NCBI GenBank assembly: GCA_012797605.1
Contig: JAAZOT010000043.1
Coordinates: 2,296 to 66,295 of the forward strand
DNA length: 64,000 nucleotides
Direction of reading: 5' to 3'
DNA from: Spirochaetales bacterium
Lineage (GTDB): Bacteria; Spirochaetota; JAAYUW01
Shown here: one piece after another, positions 17,036 through 25,258 of the stretch
How the letters are laid out: each line of letters starts with the position of its first letter
Position numbering within the stretch: the first letter of the stretch is position 1
Translations under genes and position numbers: made by a program
Notes under the pieces: generated by a model
What the model saw: only the letters and a program-made list of their open reading frames with translations
The model's database searches: none
What the model was told of the DNA's origin: nothing

Positions 17036-19360
17036 TTAACTTTTATTTTTATTTATTATCTTTTCAATAATCCCTAGGGCATCAAAGGGATCTTTGGCGT
17101 AGAAAACCCCATATTTTGAAGCAATTTTTTCATTCATAGATGCACCACCTGCAATAACAGGTATATTCAAGTTATTTTCTTTCAAAAGATTTACTACTTC
17201 ATTTATCTCGTTTAAGGTTGTTGTCATCATTGCAGAAAGGCCTAAAATATCTGGATTCTCAGTTTTTACCTTGTTTAAGATTGTCTTACCATCTACATTT
17301 TTACCAATATCAATAACCTCGAACCCATAACTTTTTAATATGGTGGCAACAATTTTTTTACCTATATCATGAATATCTCCAGCCACTGTTGCCAAAAGAA
17401 TTTTCCCTTTAAAACTTTTTTTCTCCTGCTCTATTAAGCTATTTAAATAATCGAAAGCCATCTGAACTGTTTCTGATGCCAAAATTAAATGTGGTAGAAA
17501 GATTTTACCTTCTGAATAAAGATCACCTATTTTTATCATTGCCTTTGATAAAATATCATTGCTAATCTTCATTGGTGCTTCTTCTTTTAATTTTTGGTTA
17601 ACAAAATCAATGAGCAAATCTTTTTCTCCATTTAAGATAATCTGAATCAGTTGATCATTATCTTTCTTTATAGTTCTTACAGATTCTTTTTTGCTTAAAA
17701 TCAGATTCGCCTCAATTATATTCATAGTCATTTCATTTGAAGAATCTAAAATCGCAGCTGATAAACCTTTTTCCATAGCAAGAGATAAAAAGGCAGAATT
17801 TATTTTCTCCCTTTCTGGCATTCCAAAAGTTAAATTTGATAACCCTATTATAGATTTCATATTTTTCTTACTTATGAATTCAATGATTTTCAAAGTGATT
17901 TTATAGTCATTCCCTATGGCTATAGGTAAAACCAAAGGATCAAAAAAAATTCTATTTGAGTCAATATTAAATCTACTTATAATCTGAGTCGCCTCTTTTA
18001 TTGTTTTTATTCTTTTCAAATAGCTGTCTTCAACTTCATCTTTCATCACAAGAACTACAAGCATTCCTCCGTATTTTTTGATCAAATTTAAATGATCAAT
18101 TAGACTTTTTTCATCGGCTTTTGATGAATTAATAAGAGCTCTTGCTGGATATTCTTTTAGTGCAAACTCTAGTAAATTAAGATCCTGAATATCAAGGGAA
18201 AGAGGTAAACTGCAATATTTATCAAGATTAATGATTAAATTTTTTATATTCTCTTCAGTAAGAAATTTTTCAATTCCAGGATTAACATCTATACATAACG
18301 CTCCTTCATCTGTCTGATTACGAGCAAGTTCAATGATTTTTTCATAATCATTTTGCTCTATTTTTCTTTGAAGCCACTTTTTTGAGCTTGCATTGATCCT
18401 TTCGCCTATTATTAAAAATGGTTCAATATTTTTCAATTCTATTCTTGAAGATAAATATTGTTTATTGTTGAATTCTCTTTGTTTGGGTCTTTTCTTACCA
18501 ATAAGTTTTACTATTGTTTTTATATGTTCAGCAGTTGTCCCGCAACAACCGCCAACAATATTAGCGCCCAAATCAACAAAATTCTTAAAATATATTGCAA
18601 ACTCAACTGGATCCATATCATATATGAGCTTATCATCAATAAATATAGGTTTACCTGCATTTGGTTCTATAGAAAGTGGTTTATTGCAATATGAAGCAAA
18701 TTGATTAAATACTGGTAAAATCTCTTGTGGATTTAATGAGCAATTTATTCCAGCAACATCTATATCAAGATCATTTATAACTGTCGCAAATATCTCTACC
18801 GATGTTCCATTAATGGTTCTCCCATCTTTTAAAAAAGTCATTTGAGCAATAATAGGAATATCTTCATCAATATCTCTTATGGCGAATATCGCTGATTTTA
18901 ACTCTTTAATATCTGAAAATGTTTCTAATATTATTCCATCAACTCCAGAATCTATCAATATTTTTGCCTGCTGCTTAAATATTTGATACGATTCAAAAAA
19001 AGATAGATCTCCATAAGGTTTTATTTGCGTTCCAGTAGGTCCTATATCTCCAAAAACTAAACTTTTTGATGCAACTTTTCTTGCAATTTTGACTGCCGAA
19101 TAATTAATATTTTCTAATTGGTTTGCATATCCAAATGATTCTAGCTTAAATCTATTAGCACTAAAGGTATTAGTTAATAGAATATCTGCTCCTGCTTTAA
19201 TATATCTATTATGCAACTCTTCCACTTTAAATGGCTCTACAATATTTAATATTTCAAATAATTTTTCATTACATCCCATTCTAATAAATTCAGTCCCATA
19301 AGCTCCGTCTAAAAAAAGAACTTTTTCTTTTATTAAACTTAAAAATTCTTCTCTTTTCAT
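17036..19360 (-). CDS. metH: Cobalamin-dependent methionine synthase lacking the reactivation domain
   Basis: Hcy-binding domain (LFLDGAYGTE, VGGCCGTT), pterin-binding domain (IGERINAS), and B12 domain with DxHxxG (GDIHDIGKKIV), LSAMMTTT and AGGASM. The likely start is ATG at 19360, forming an ATGA overlap with the upstream stop. The track start at 19381 is probably too long. Confidence 0.9.
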   Translation of the reverse strand: MKREEFLSLIKEKVLFLDGAYGTEFIRMGCNEKLFEILNIVEPFKVEELHNRYIKAGADILLTNTFSANRFKLESFGYANQLENINYSAVKIARKVASKSLVFGDIGPTGTQIKPYGDLSFFESYQIFKQQAKILIDSGVDGIILETFSDIKELKSAIFAIRDIDEDIPIIAQMTFLKDGRTINGTSVEIFATVINDLDIDVAGINCSLNPQEILPVFNQFASYCNKPLSIEPNAGKPIFIDDKLIYDMDPVEFAIYFKNFVDLGANIVGGCCGTTAEHIKTIVKLIGKKRPKQREFNNKQYLSSRIELKNIEPFLIIGERINASSKKWLQRKIEQNDYEKIIELARNQTDEGALCIDVNPGIEKFLTEENIKNLIINLDKYCSLPLSLDIQDLNLLEFALKEYPARALINSSKADEKSLIDHLNLIKKYGGMLVVLVMKDEVEDSYLKRIKTIKEATQIISRFNIDSNRIFFDPLVLPIAIGNDYKITLKIIEFISKKNMKSIIGLSNLTFGMPEREKINSAFLSLAMEKGLSAAILDSSNEMTMNIIEANLILSKKESVRTIKKDNDQLIQIILNGEKDLLIDFVNQKLKEEAPMKISNDILSKAMIKIGDLYSEGKIFLPHLILASETVQMAFDYLNSLIEQEKKSFKGKILLATVAGDIHDIGKKIVATILKSYGFEVIDIGKNVDGKTILNKVKTENPDILGLSAMMTTTLNEINEVVNLLKENNLNIPVIAGGASMNEKIASKYGVFYAKDPFDALGIIEKIINKNKS

Positions 19361-19926
19361 ATGTACCATCCTACAAAACATATTGTTGTTTTTTTTGGAT
19401 ATATCTCTCCACTTTCAAAAACAGAAAACTCACCTATATCAAAAAGATTTTGAACTATAAACTTATTAACTGTTATATCTACATTTCCATAACCTGGGGA
19501 AAATCTTCTTGTACCTCTCATCAAACTTTTGGCTTTAAGATATTTGTCAAAATGCCAATTTAATGCTTCAATAGATTCTGAACCCCATGCATCTGCTACT
19601 ACAGCTTCAAATATTCTATTTTCATTTAGCAGATTCTGTAGGAAGTCATCGAAGATTTTACCTAATGTTGAAATAAAAATTGTCATTTTTTTAATATCTT
19701 TAAATTGAATAGGAATTATCTCTTCAGTCAGCTGGTCTAAGTAAAATGAATTATAATAGATTTTTGGTTCTAACATAAAAGTAGATCTATAATAAATTTC
19801 ATTCATTTTCTTTATAAGATTTAAATCTTTACTTTGAGAACTAAAAGGAATCAAGCACCTTGAATAGAATAATTTAATTTCTGGGAAGCAGTATATTTTG
19901 GGTGGAATATATATTTTATATTTCAT
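19357..19926 (-). CDS. Stand-alone methionine synthase activation (AdoMet-binding) domain protein
   Basis: 189 aa with ADAWGSE and RFSPGYGN, as in the MetH C-terminal reactivation module. Translationally coupled to metH. Confidence 0.6.
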   Translation of the reverse strand: MKYKIYIPPKIYCFPEIKLFYSRCLIPFSSQSKDLNLIKKMNEIYYRSTFMLEPKIYYNSFYLDQLTEEIIPIQFKDIKKMTIFISTLGKIFDDFLQNLLNENRIFEAVVADAWGSESIEALNWHFDKYLKAKSLMRGTRRFSPGYGNVDITVNKFIVQNLFDIGEFSVFESGEIYPKKTTICFVGWYI

Positions 19927-19955
19927 AAATTTTCTCCATTTTAAGTAATAGTTAT

Positions 19956-20672
19956 TTAAGAAATAGTTATAAGTTCATATGGAATTTTTCTGTATATCAA
20001 TTCTGGAACTTTACCACCTATAAAGATATAGCCATCTATTATTACTATTATTCCTTGAATCTTGTGAATAAGATAACTTTTAATAATATTTTCTATCATA
20101 GCAATATTTAAATTTTTTATTAAGTTACATATGGAGGTCGCGGCAGCGTCTGAAAGTATTGGATCTGAAGAAATTACTGTAACAGAATCAGCATTTCCAA
20201 AACTAAGTGAGTGACCCATCCTACCAGAAGATGTGCATACTCCTATAATATTTTCTTCTGGTAAAACATTTAATGCTAAACCCTTCACTTTTTCCCCGCT
20301 ATAAATTCCGATAGTCACAGGTTTATTTATATACATCGCTATGTCCCCACCATTTTCAAAAACCACAAATTTACACCCTTTTTTTATTGCAGCTTTTACT
20401 CCATAAAAAGCAATAGCCCCTGCAACTGATGCCATTGGCCCGACTTCAAATAATGCCGATGATTCAGCCATTTTTCTTACAATTTCTGAAGCATATTTAT
20501 TAACTTCATATGAAGATAAGGTTTTTACGAAGGTATTATCCTTTTGAATATAACTTTCTAGTAATTTTCTCTGTTTAATTACTTCATCTAGTATGAACTT
20601 AAGATATTTCTCTTGAGTAATAATAGACGCTACGGTTTGTTTTATTTTAATTTTGAATCTTTTTTCAAACAT
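19956..20672 (-). CDS. UPF0280 / COG2122 ApbE-like protein
   Basis: 238 aa. VGPMASVAGAIA is the characteristic UPF0280 motif. Lies 1 nt downstream of the DUF39 gene. Confidence 0.6.
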   Translation of the reverse strand: MFEKRFKIKIKQTVASIITQEKYLKFILDEVIKQRKLLESYIQKDNTFVKTLSSYEVNKYASEIVRKMAESSALFEVGPMASVAGAIAFYGVKAAIKKGCKFVVFENGGDIAMYINKPVTIGIYSGEKVKGLALNVLPEENIIGVCTSSGRMGHSLSFGNADSVTVISSDPILSDAAATSICNLIKNLNIAMIENIIKSYLIHKIQGIIVIIDGYIFIGGKVPELIYRKIPYELITIS

Positions 20673-20673
20673 A

Positions 20674-22038
20674 TTAATCTCCTAAAACTATTGCTTTTAG
20701 TGGACAAATATCTTTACAATTTCCGCATGTTGTGCAGTTATCAGGGTTAAAAATTATCCTATGATTTTCATCCATTTGAAAAACATCATAAGAACAAAGA
20801 GAAGTACAATAACCACAGTTTATACATTTTGAATTATCCCATTTTATCTTACTATTTCCAATAATTTCAGCTTTTGTATAATCGGGATAATCAAAATATC
20901 TATTTACTATTTCTAAATTTTTTATTTCTCCATCTCTATTTAGCCTTTCTATTGGTGTTGTTAAAAAAAATTTACCGTTTTCTATCCATATTTTTAAAAG
21001 ATTTGATATCTGTCTTGCCATATAAATGCTAGAAATAGAGGATGATTTTATCCTTTTCCCATTTAATTCAACATAACCAGATTTTAACTCCGCATAACTT
21101 ACTTTTTTCAATATTGTCTTTGCTCTTTTTTTAACACCATAATCTATTAGATTTGTATAAATATCTTGGTCCAAAACTGAAGTATTTCTTGCTATTCCTA
21201 TATTTAGTATAGGGATTGGTACTCCTATACCAACATACAAAGTTACCCCATAACCATTAACTTTAGCGGCTTTAATAAATTCTGGCTTCATTTTTTTTAA
21301 GTTACCTTTAACCATTAGATTACCGAAACCAGTTTTTGGTGAATGTTGGGTTCCACTCCCGATAATATAACCTTGATCTCCACCTAAAAATATTCTTGTT
21401 CCAAGTCCTATGGTTTCATATTCAGGATCATTATTTAATGGAGAAAGTTCTCCTCCTCCACAATATGTTATATTTCCCATATTTGGTAGAAGTTTCCCCA
21501 TATAGGTGTAAACTGTTTCATTGCTAGTATTTGTCGCTGCATTATACTTCTGGTATGAATTTCTTGGATTTATCATTATTGCTTGATTTATCTCATTAAT
21601 ATTAATCCATGTTTCTAATTCTTTTCTTGGGTAACAATCTGTCCCATGAGATATCGCTTTTAATTTTATATTTTTCCCTCTTATAAGTTCTTCTATTACA
21701 TTTGCACCACCATACTCAAATTTTTCTTTCTCCGATAATTCAGTAGCACCAAGATATGCATCAACTGCGGCGATACCAGAATAAGCAGGGACATCATTTA
21801 ACCATATTTTTGTCATCTTTATTGGTGGATCTGAATGTCCGAAGTTCAAAAAGACTCCCGAAGAACACATTGCTCCAAAAGTCGCGGTAGTTACTACATC
21901 TACTATTTGATAAGCTTTTTCTAAACCACTATCTTTGACTATATCTTTCATCTCTTCTACTGTGACAACTTTAACGGTGCCTTTTTTTATTTTTTCATTT
22001 ATCTGTTCTATACTTCTTTCTTTCATTATTAACTCCAT
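20674..22038 (-). CDS. DUF39 (COG1900) homocysteine-biosynthesis sulfur-incorporation protein fused to a 2x[4Fe-4S] ferredoxin domain
   Basis: The N-terminal VDVVTTATFGAMCSSG region is typical of DUF39. The C-terminus carries CINCGYCTSLC and CTTCGNCKDICP. A GGAG 8 nt upstream of the second ATG (22026) suggests that ATG as the start. Confidence 0.7.
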   Translation of the reverse strand: MELIMKERSIEQINEKIKKGTVKVVTVEEMKDIVKDSGLEKAYQIVDVVTTATFGAMCSSGVFLNFGHSDPPIKMTKIWLNDVPAYSGIAAVDAYLGATELSEKEKFEYGGANVIEELIRGKNIKLKAISHGTDCYPRKELETWININEINQAIMINPRNSYQKYNAATNTSNETVYTYMGKLLPNMGNITYCGGGELSPLNNDPEYETIGLGTRIFLGGDQGYIIGSGTQHSPKTGFGNLMVKGNLKKMKPEFIKAAKVNGYGVTLYVGIGVPIPILNIGIARNTSVLDQDIYTNLIDYGVKKRAKTILKKVSYAELKSGYVELNGKRIKSSSISSIYMARQISNLLKIWIENGKFFLTTPIERLNRDGEIKNLEIVNRYFDYPDYTKAEIIGNSKIKWDNSKCINCGYCTSLCSYDVFQMDENHRIIFNPDNCTTCGNCKDICPLKAIVLGD

Positions 22039-22125
22039 AATTTAATAATTTTATTTAATTAAAATAGCTAAAATATACAAGTCTTAAGAAATCAAACTAT
22101 TGATCAAATTTAAGATTAATTTTAT

Positions 22126-22193
22126 CCCGGATTATAGGGGGATTTAATAATTACTTACCCAGTAAGTTAAACTAAATCCTCTCCTATACCGGG
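22126..22193 (-). promoter_or_regulatory. GC-rich 68-nt rod-like hairpin in the leader of the methionine operon (unclassified)
   Basis: Pairs are cccgg/ccggg (22126-30 / 22189-93), a 14-bp stem 22133-46 / 22073-88 with two single-nt bulges, and an apical cttac-cca-gtaag hairpin (22154-66). It sits 88-155 nt upstream of the 22038 start. Strand assignment is inferred from position only. Confidence 0.5.
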
Positions 22194-22505
22194 TTAGACA
22201 TCATCATAGAAATTATTTTGAAAAAAATATTGAAAATTATTATAATAGATATTAATTTTGATTTTTTTGATAACGATAGAATTACAGTCCTTTTTGAAAA
22301 ATAATGATATAAATTTGTAATTATCATATTTTTAATTATTTAAAATTTGTTACCTCTTTTTTTGCCAAACAATTTTGATTTGTCAACAATTATTGATATT
22401 TTATTTTTTCGCTATATTTTTATTTAGGACAATAATAATGTTTCCTTTAATTCTTTTATCGTATTCTTATAATAGACTTTAAAATTACATTTGGGGTAAT
22501 AATAA

Positions 22506-22850
22506 ATGAAAAGAATATCATATCTTATATTTATCTTTTGTTTAATTATTTTTCTATGCTTTATTTCTTGTAAAAATAACGAAGAAAAAAAAATGAGTTA
22601 TAATAATAATCCTGTGAAATGGATCAATGCTTTAGTTTATATAGATATCATAAATGAACAAAAAGAATATATTTTAATAGAGAAACCAGAATCTAAATCA
22701 AGGATTTCTTATCATTTAATAAACTTAACAGAAGATCAAAAAAGCTTTCTAGAAAAACTAAACGGAAAAATGGTAGAGGCACAGATTAAAATAGTAGAAG
22801 AATTATCCCCTTGGAATAAAAAGGCTTATCTTCTAAGCATCAAAGAATGA
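22506..22850 (+). CDS. Small hypothetical lipoprotein
   Basis: Signal peptide with lipobox-like LCFISC followed by KNN. Length is 114 aa. Confidence 0.5.
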   Translation: MKRISYLIFIFCLIIFLCFISCKNNEEKKMSYNNNPVKWINALVYIDIINEQKEYILIEKPESKSRISYHLINLTEDQKSFLEKLNGKMVEAQIKIVEELSPWNKKAYLLSIKE

Positions 22851-23046
22851 AAACAATTTGGTTATTATTGAGCCTTTTTAAAAATTATATTTATATTTAT
22901 TGTCTTAATAATCTTTTTTAATTATTATTATAAGAGATTGTAAAGAAATCTTCCAATAAAAATTAATAAAATAAAATAATAATTAAATAAAAAAATAAAA
23001 TAAATAAATAATAAAAAAAAATAAATGAAAAAAAAAGGAAAATTAA

Positions 23047-23421
23047 ATGTTACAAAAATTTTTGAAAGCAAAAATTCACAGAGCTAAGATTACACAGGCT
23101 GATTTAAATTATGTTGGTTCAATAACTATAGATGAGGCACTATTAGAAGCAAGCGGGATAAAAGAATTTGAAGCCGTATGGATATATAATATAAATAATG
23201 GAGAAAGATTTGAAACATATGTATTAAAAGGTGAAAGAAACTCAGGCATAATAGGATTAAATGGTGCTGCAGCAAGAAATGCAATGGTTGGTGATCTTGT
23301 TATCATTGCAAGTTATATCTATCTTTCAGAAGAAGAATTAAATAGTTTTTCTCCGAAAGTTTTACTTGTTGATGAAAACAATAAAATAAACGAAGTTAGG
23401 AAATTCGATCTTTTAAATTAA
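23047..23421 (+). CDS. panD: Aspartate 1-decarboxylase proenzyme
   Basis: MLQKFLKAKIHRAKITQADLNYVGSITID contains the self-processing Gly-Ser site. Also NGERFETY, NGAAAR and GDLVIIAS. Length is 124 aa. Confidence 0.9.
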   Translation: MLQKFLKAKIHRAKITQADLNYVGSITIDEALLEASGIKEFEAVWIYNINNGERFETYVLKGERNSGIIGLNGAAARNAMVGDLVIIASYIYLSEEELNSFSPKVLLVDENNKINEVRKFDLLN

Positions 23422-23609
23422 TATTTTCACTTTAAGTAGTGTTTTATAAAATATATATTTGGTATTTTAGAAAAAATATATTAAAACTCAGATCAAACAA
23501 GTAAAAATTTTTAAAAAATAAAAAGCAAGAAATTTGCATTTTTTAATTGTTTGAATTATTTTTAAATCACCCAAATAGAAAAAATTATCATAAAATTATT
23601 CAAATTATT

Positions 23610-23638
23610 TAAATTGAATTCCTTATTTTTCCGATATA
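23610..23638 (+). promoter_or_regulatory. Candidate sigma-28 (FliA)-type promoter upstream of flaA
   Basis: TAAA (23610-13), 17 nt, then CCGATAT (23631-37), versus the consensus TAAA-N15-GCCGATAA. It ends 38 nt before the flaA ATG, whose leader contains aaggagtc. Confidence 0.4.
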
Positions 23639-23675
23639 AAGAAAAAGCAGAAAAATAAGGGAAAGGAGTCATAAA

Positions 23676-24407
23676 ATGAAATTCTCAAAAATAGCTGTCT
23701 TATCTTTTATTCTGGTTATTTTTGCTGCCTTTTTAGTTAGCAATTCTAGCCTTACTGCTCAACAAACAATGAGCAAAAATGAGCTTATAACATCTATTGT
23801 TCTTGAAACATTCGAAAACAATGATAAAGGCTGGCATGCGGAAGGTTCAAAATATACAAAAACTGGTTTTCCACAATGGCAGACAAAGATTGAAAACTGG
23901 CCAACTTCCCTATTTGGCCAAAAAGGTGATCCAAACAATAAATATTGTTTTGGAGTAAGAACCTCGTATTATAGAATGGGATATAACTATTTATGGATTC
24001 TCACAAAAGAACCTATGAAAATCCCTGGAATCGCAAAATCTTTTTATATTTGGGTTTGGGGAGCAAATTTTGCTTATGATCTTGAACTACAAGTTACAGA
24101 TTATACTGGTATTAGCTATTCCTTACCTGGCGGAAAATTAAATTATCTTGGATGGAAAATTATCAGAATTGATGTCCCAAACTACATACCTCAACAACAA
24201 ATTCAACTACCAAGAATTAAAAATTTACTCTTTGAAAAATTCATCATATGGTCAAATCCAGGCGCACCCCTTGAAAACTTTTATGTTTATTTAGATCATT
24301 TTTCAGTTTTAACAGATATAGCGCTTGAAACATATGATGGAGATTCATTAAACAATGTTGATCAGATTTGGACAAATCCAGAATCTAATCAACAGGGTAA
24401 TAAATAG
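23676..24407 (+). CDS. flaA: Flagellar filament outer-layer (sheath) protein FlaA-like, paralogue 1
   Basis: Signal peptide, then the pattern KYCFGVRTSYYRMGYNYLWI..P.KIPGIAKSF.IWVWGANF...L.V.DY.G......G.LNYLGWK, which I recognise from spirochaete FlaA proteins. Confidence 0.6.
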   Translation: MKFSKIAVLSFILVIFAAFLVSNSSLTAQQTMSKNELITSIVLETFENNDKGWHAEGSKYTKTGFPQWQTKIENWPTSLFGQKGDPNNKYCFGVRTSYYRMGYNYLWILTKEPMKIPGIAKSFYIWVWGANFAYDLELQVTDYTGISYSLPGGKLNYLGWKIIRIDVPNYIPQQQIQLPRIKNLLFEKFIIWSNPGAPLENFYVYLDHFSVLTDIALETYDGDSLNNVDQIWTNPESNQQGNK

Positions 24408-24438
24408 GTTAAAGTAACCCATATAAAGGATGGTTACC

Positions 24439-25149
24439 ATGAAAAAGATAAAATATTTAGTTTTTATTTTAATTTTATTTGCTGGTTTTTTATTTTCAAA
24501 TCTTTTAAATTTAAAAGCTCAACAGGTTTCTACATCTCAAAATATGGAACCTGGCGTCCAAGAAGGTGAACTTCTTGCAGATATCATTATTTCAAAATTT
24601 GAAGATGCAGAATCATGGTCTGGTCAAATGCCTCTTGATCAGGGAAATATCTTTTTGATGAAAAGATACGGTAAACCAAATGCTCTTCCTCAAGTCGATC
24701 CAACAACAGGCATTGAAAACAAATATGTCCTTGGTGTAAAAGTAATGTTCAATAAAAGAGGATATAATAGATTTATTGTAAGACCTCCAAGACCTATTAA
24801 AGTTCCTGGTATTACGAAATCTCTTTCAATCTGGGTAGCAGGAAGAAATTTCAGCCATACCTTGATTTTTGTTGTTAGAGATTATTACAATCAAGATAAA
24901 CTTTTAAAAGTAGGAACTTTAAATTTCTTAGGTTGGAAAAGACTTACTTTCGTTATCCCACCAACTTTAGTTCAAGATGAATATCATTATACCGAGCTTG
25001 AAGGTATAACTTTCATGGGTCTTGCTGTTGAAACAAGCCCTGAAGAATCCTATGGAACATTCTATGTCTATTTTGATGAGTTAACAGCAAAAACAAATGT
25101 CTTTAATATGTCTACTCAAGATAAAGATGACATGATAGACAATTGGTAA
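24439..25149 (+). CDS. flaA: Flagellar filament outer-layer protein FlaA-like, paralogue 2
   Basis: Same pattern (KYVLGVKVMFNKRGYNRFIVRPPRPIKVPGITKSLSIWVAGRNF..LNFLGWKRL). The start was moved to ATG 24439, which lies 8 nt after aaagga. The track start is 24430. Confidence 0.6.
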   Translation: MKKIKYLVFILILFAGFLFSNLLNLKAQQVSTSQNMEPGVQEGELLADIIISKFEDAESWSGQMPLDQGNIFLMKRYGKPNALPQVDPTTGIENKYVLGVKVMFNKRGYNRFIVRPPRPIKVPGITKSLSIWVAGRNFSHTLIFVVRDYYNQDKLLKVGTLNFLGWKRLTFVIPPTLVQDEYHYTELEGITFMGLAVETSPEESYGTFYVYFDELTAKTNVFNMSTQDKDDMIDNW

Positions 25150-25167
25150 ATCTCCTTTCCATATCTA

Positions 25168-25206
25168 TAAAAAAGGGACTATCTTTAGATAGCCCCTTTT
25201 TTTATT
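25168..25206. terminator. Bidirectional rho-independent terminator (flaA / hutU convergent)
   Basis: aaaaaagggactatc-ttta-gatagcccctttttt. The 9-bp stem has one mismatch and is flanked by an A-run and a T-run. Confidence 0.75.
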
Positions 25207-25258
25207 CTCTTTTTCAAAAGATTATATATAAATAGGTTTAAATATAATAATTTTAGCT

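Noticed and set aside
19956-20672. UPF0280/ApbE-like gene as the flavin transferase needed by the Nqr-like complex
   Set aside because: It is COG2122-type (GPMASVAGAIA motif) and embedded in the methionine operon. It is not the periplasmic ApbE/Ftp flavin transferase, so a link to Nqr maturation is unsupported.
22039-22505. SAM-I (S-box) riboswitch upstream of the methionine operon
   Set aside because: The conserved four-way-junction core and kink-turn sequences are not visible. The only structured element is a simple rod hairpin, reported as unclassified.
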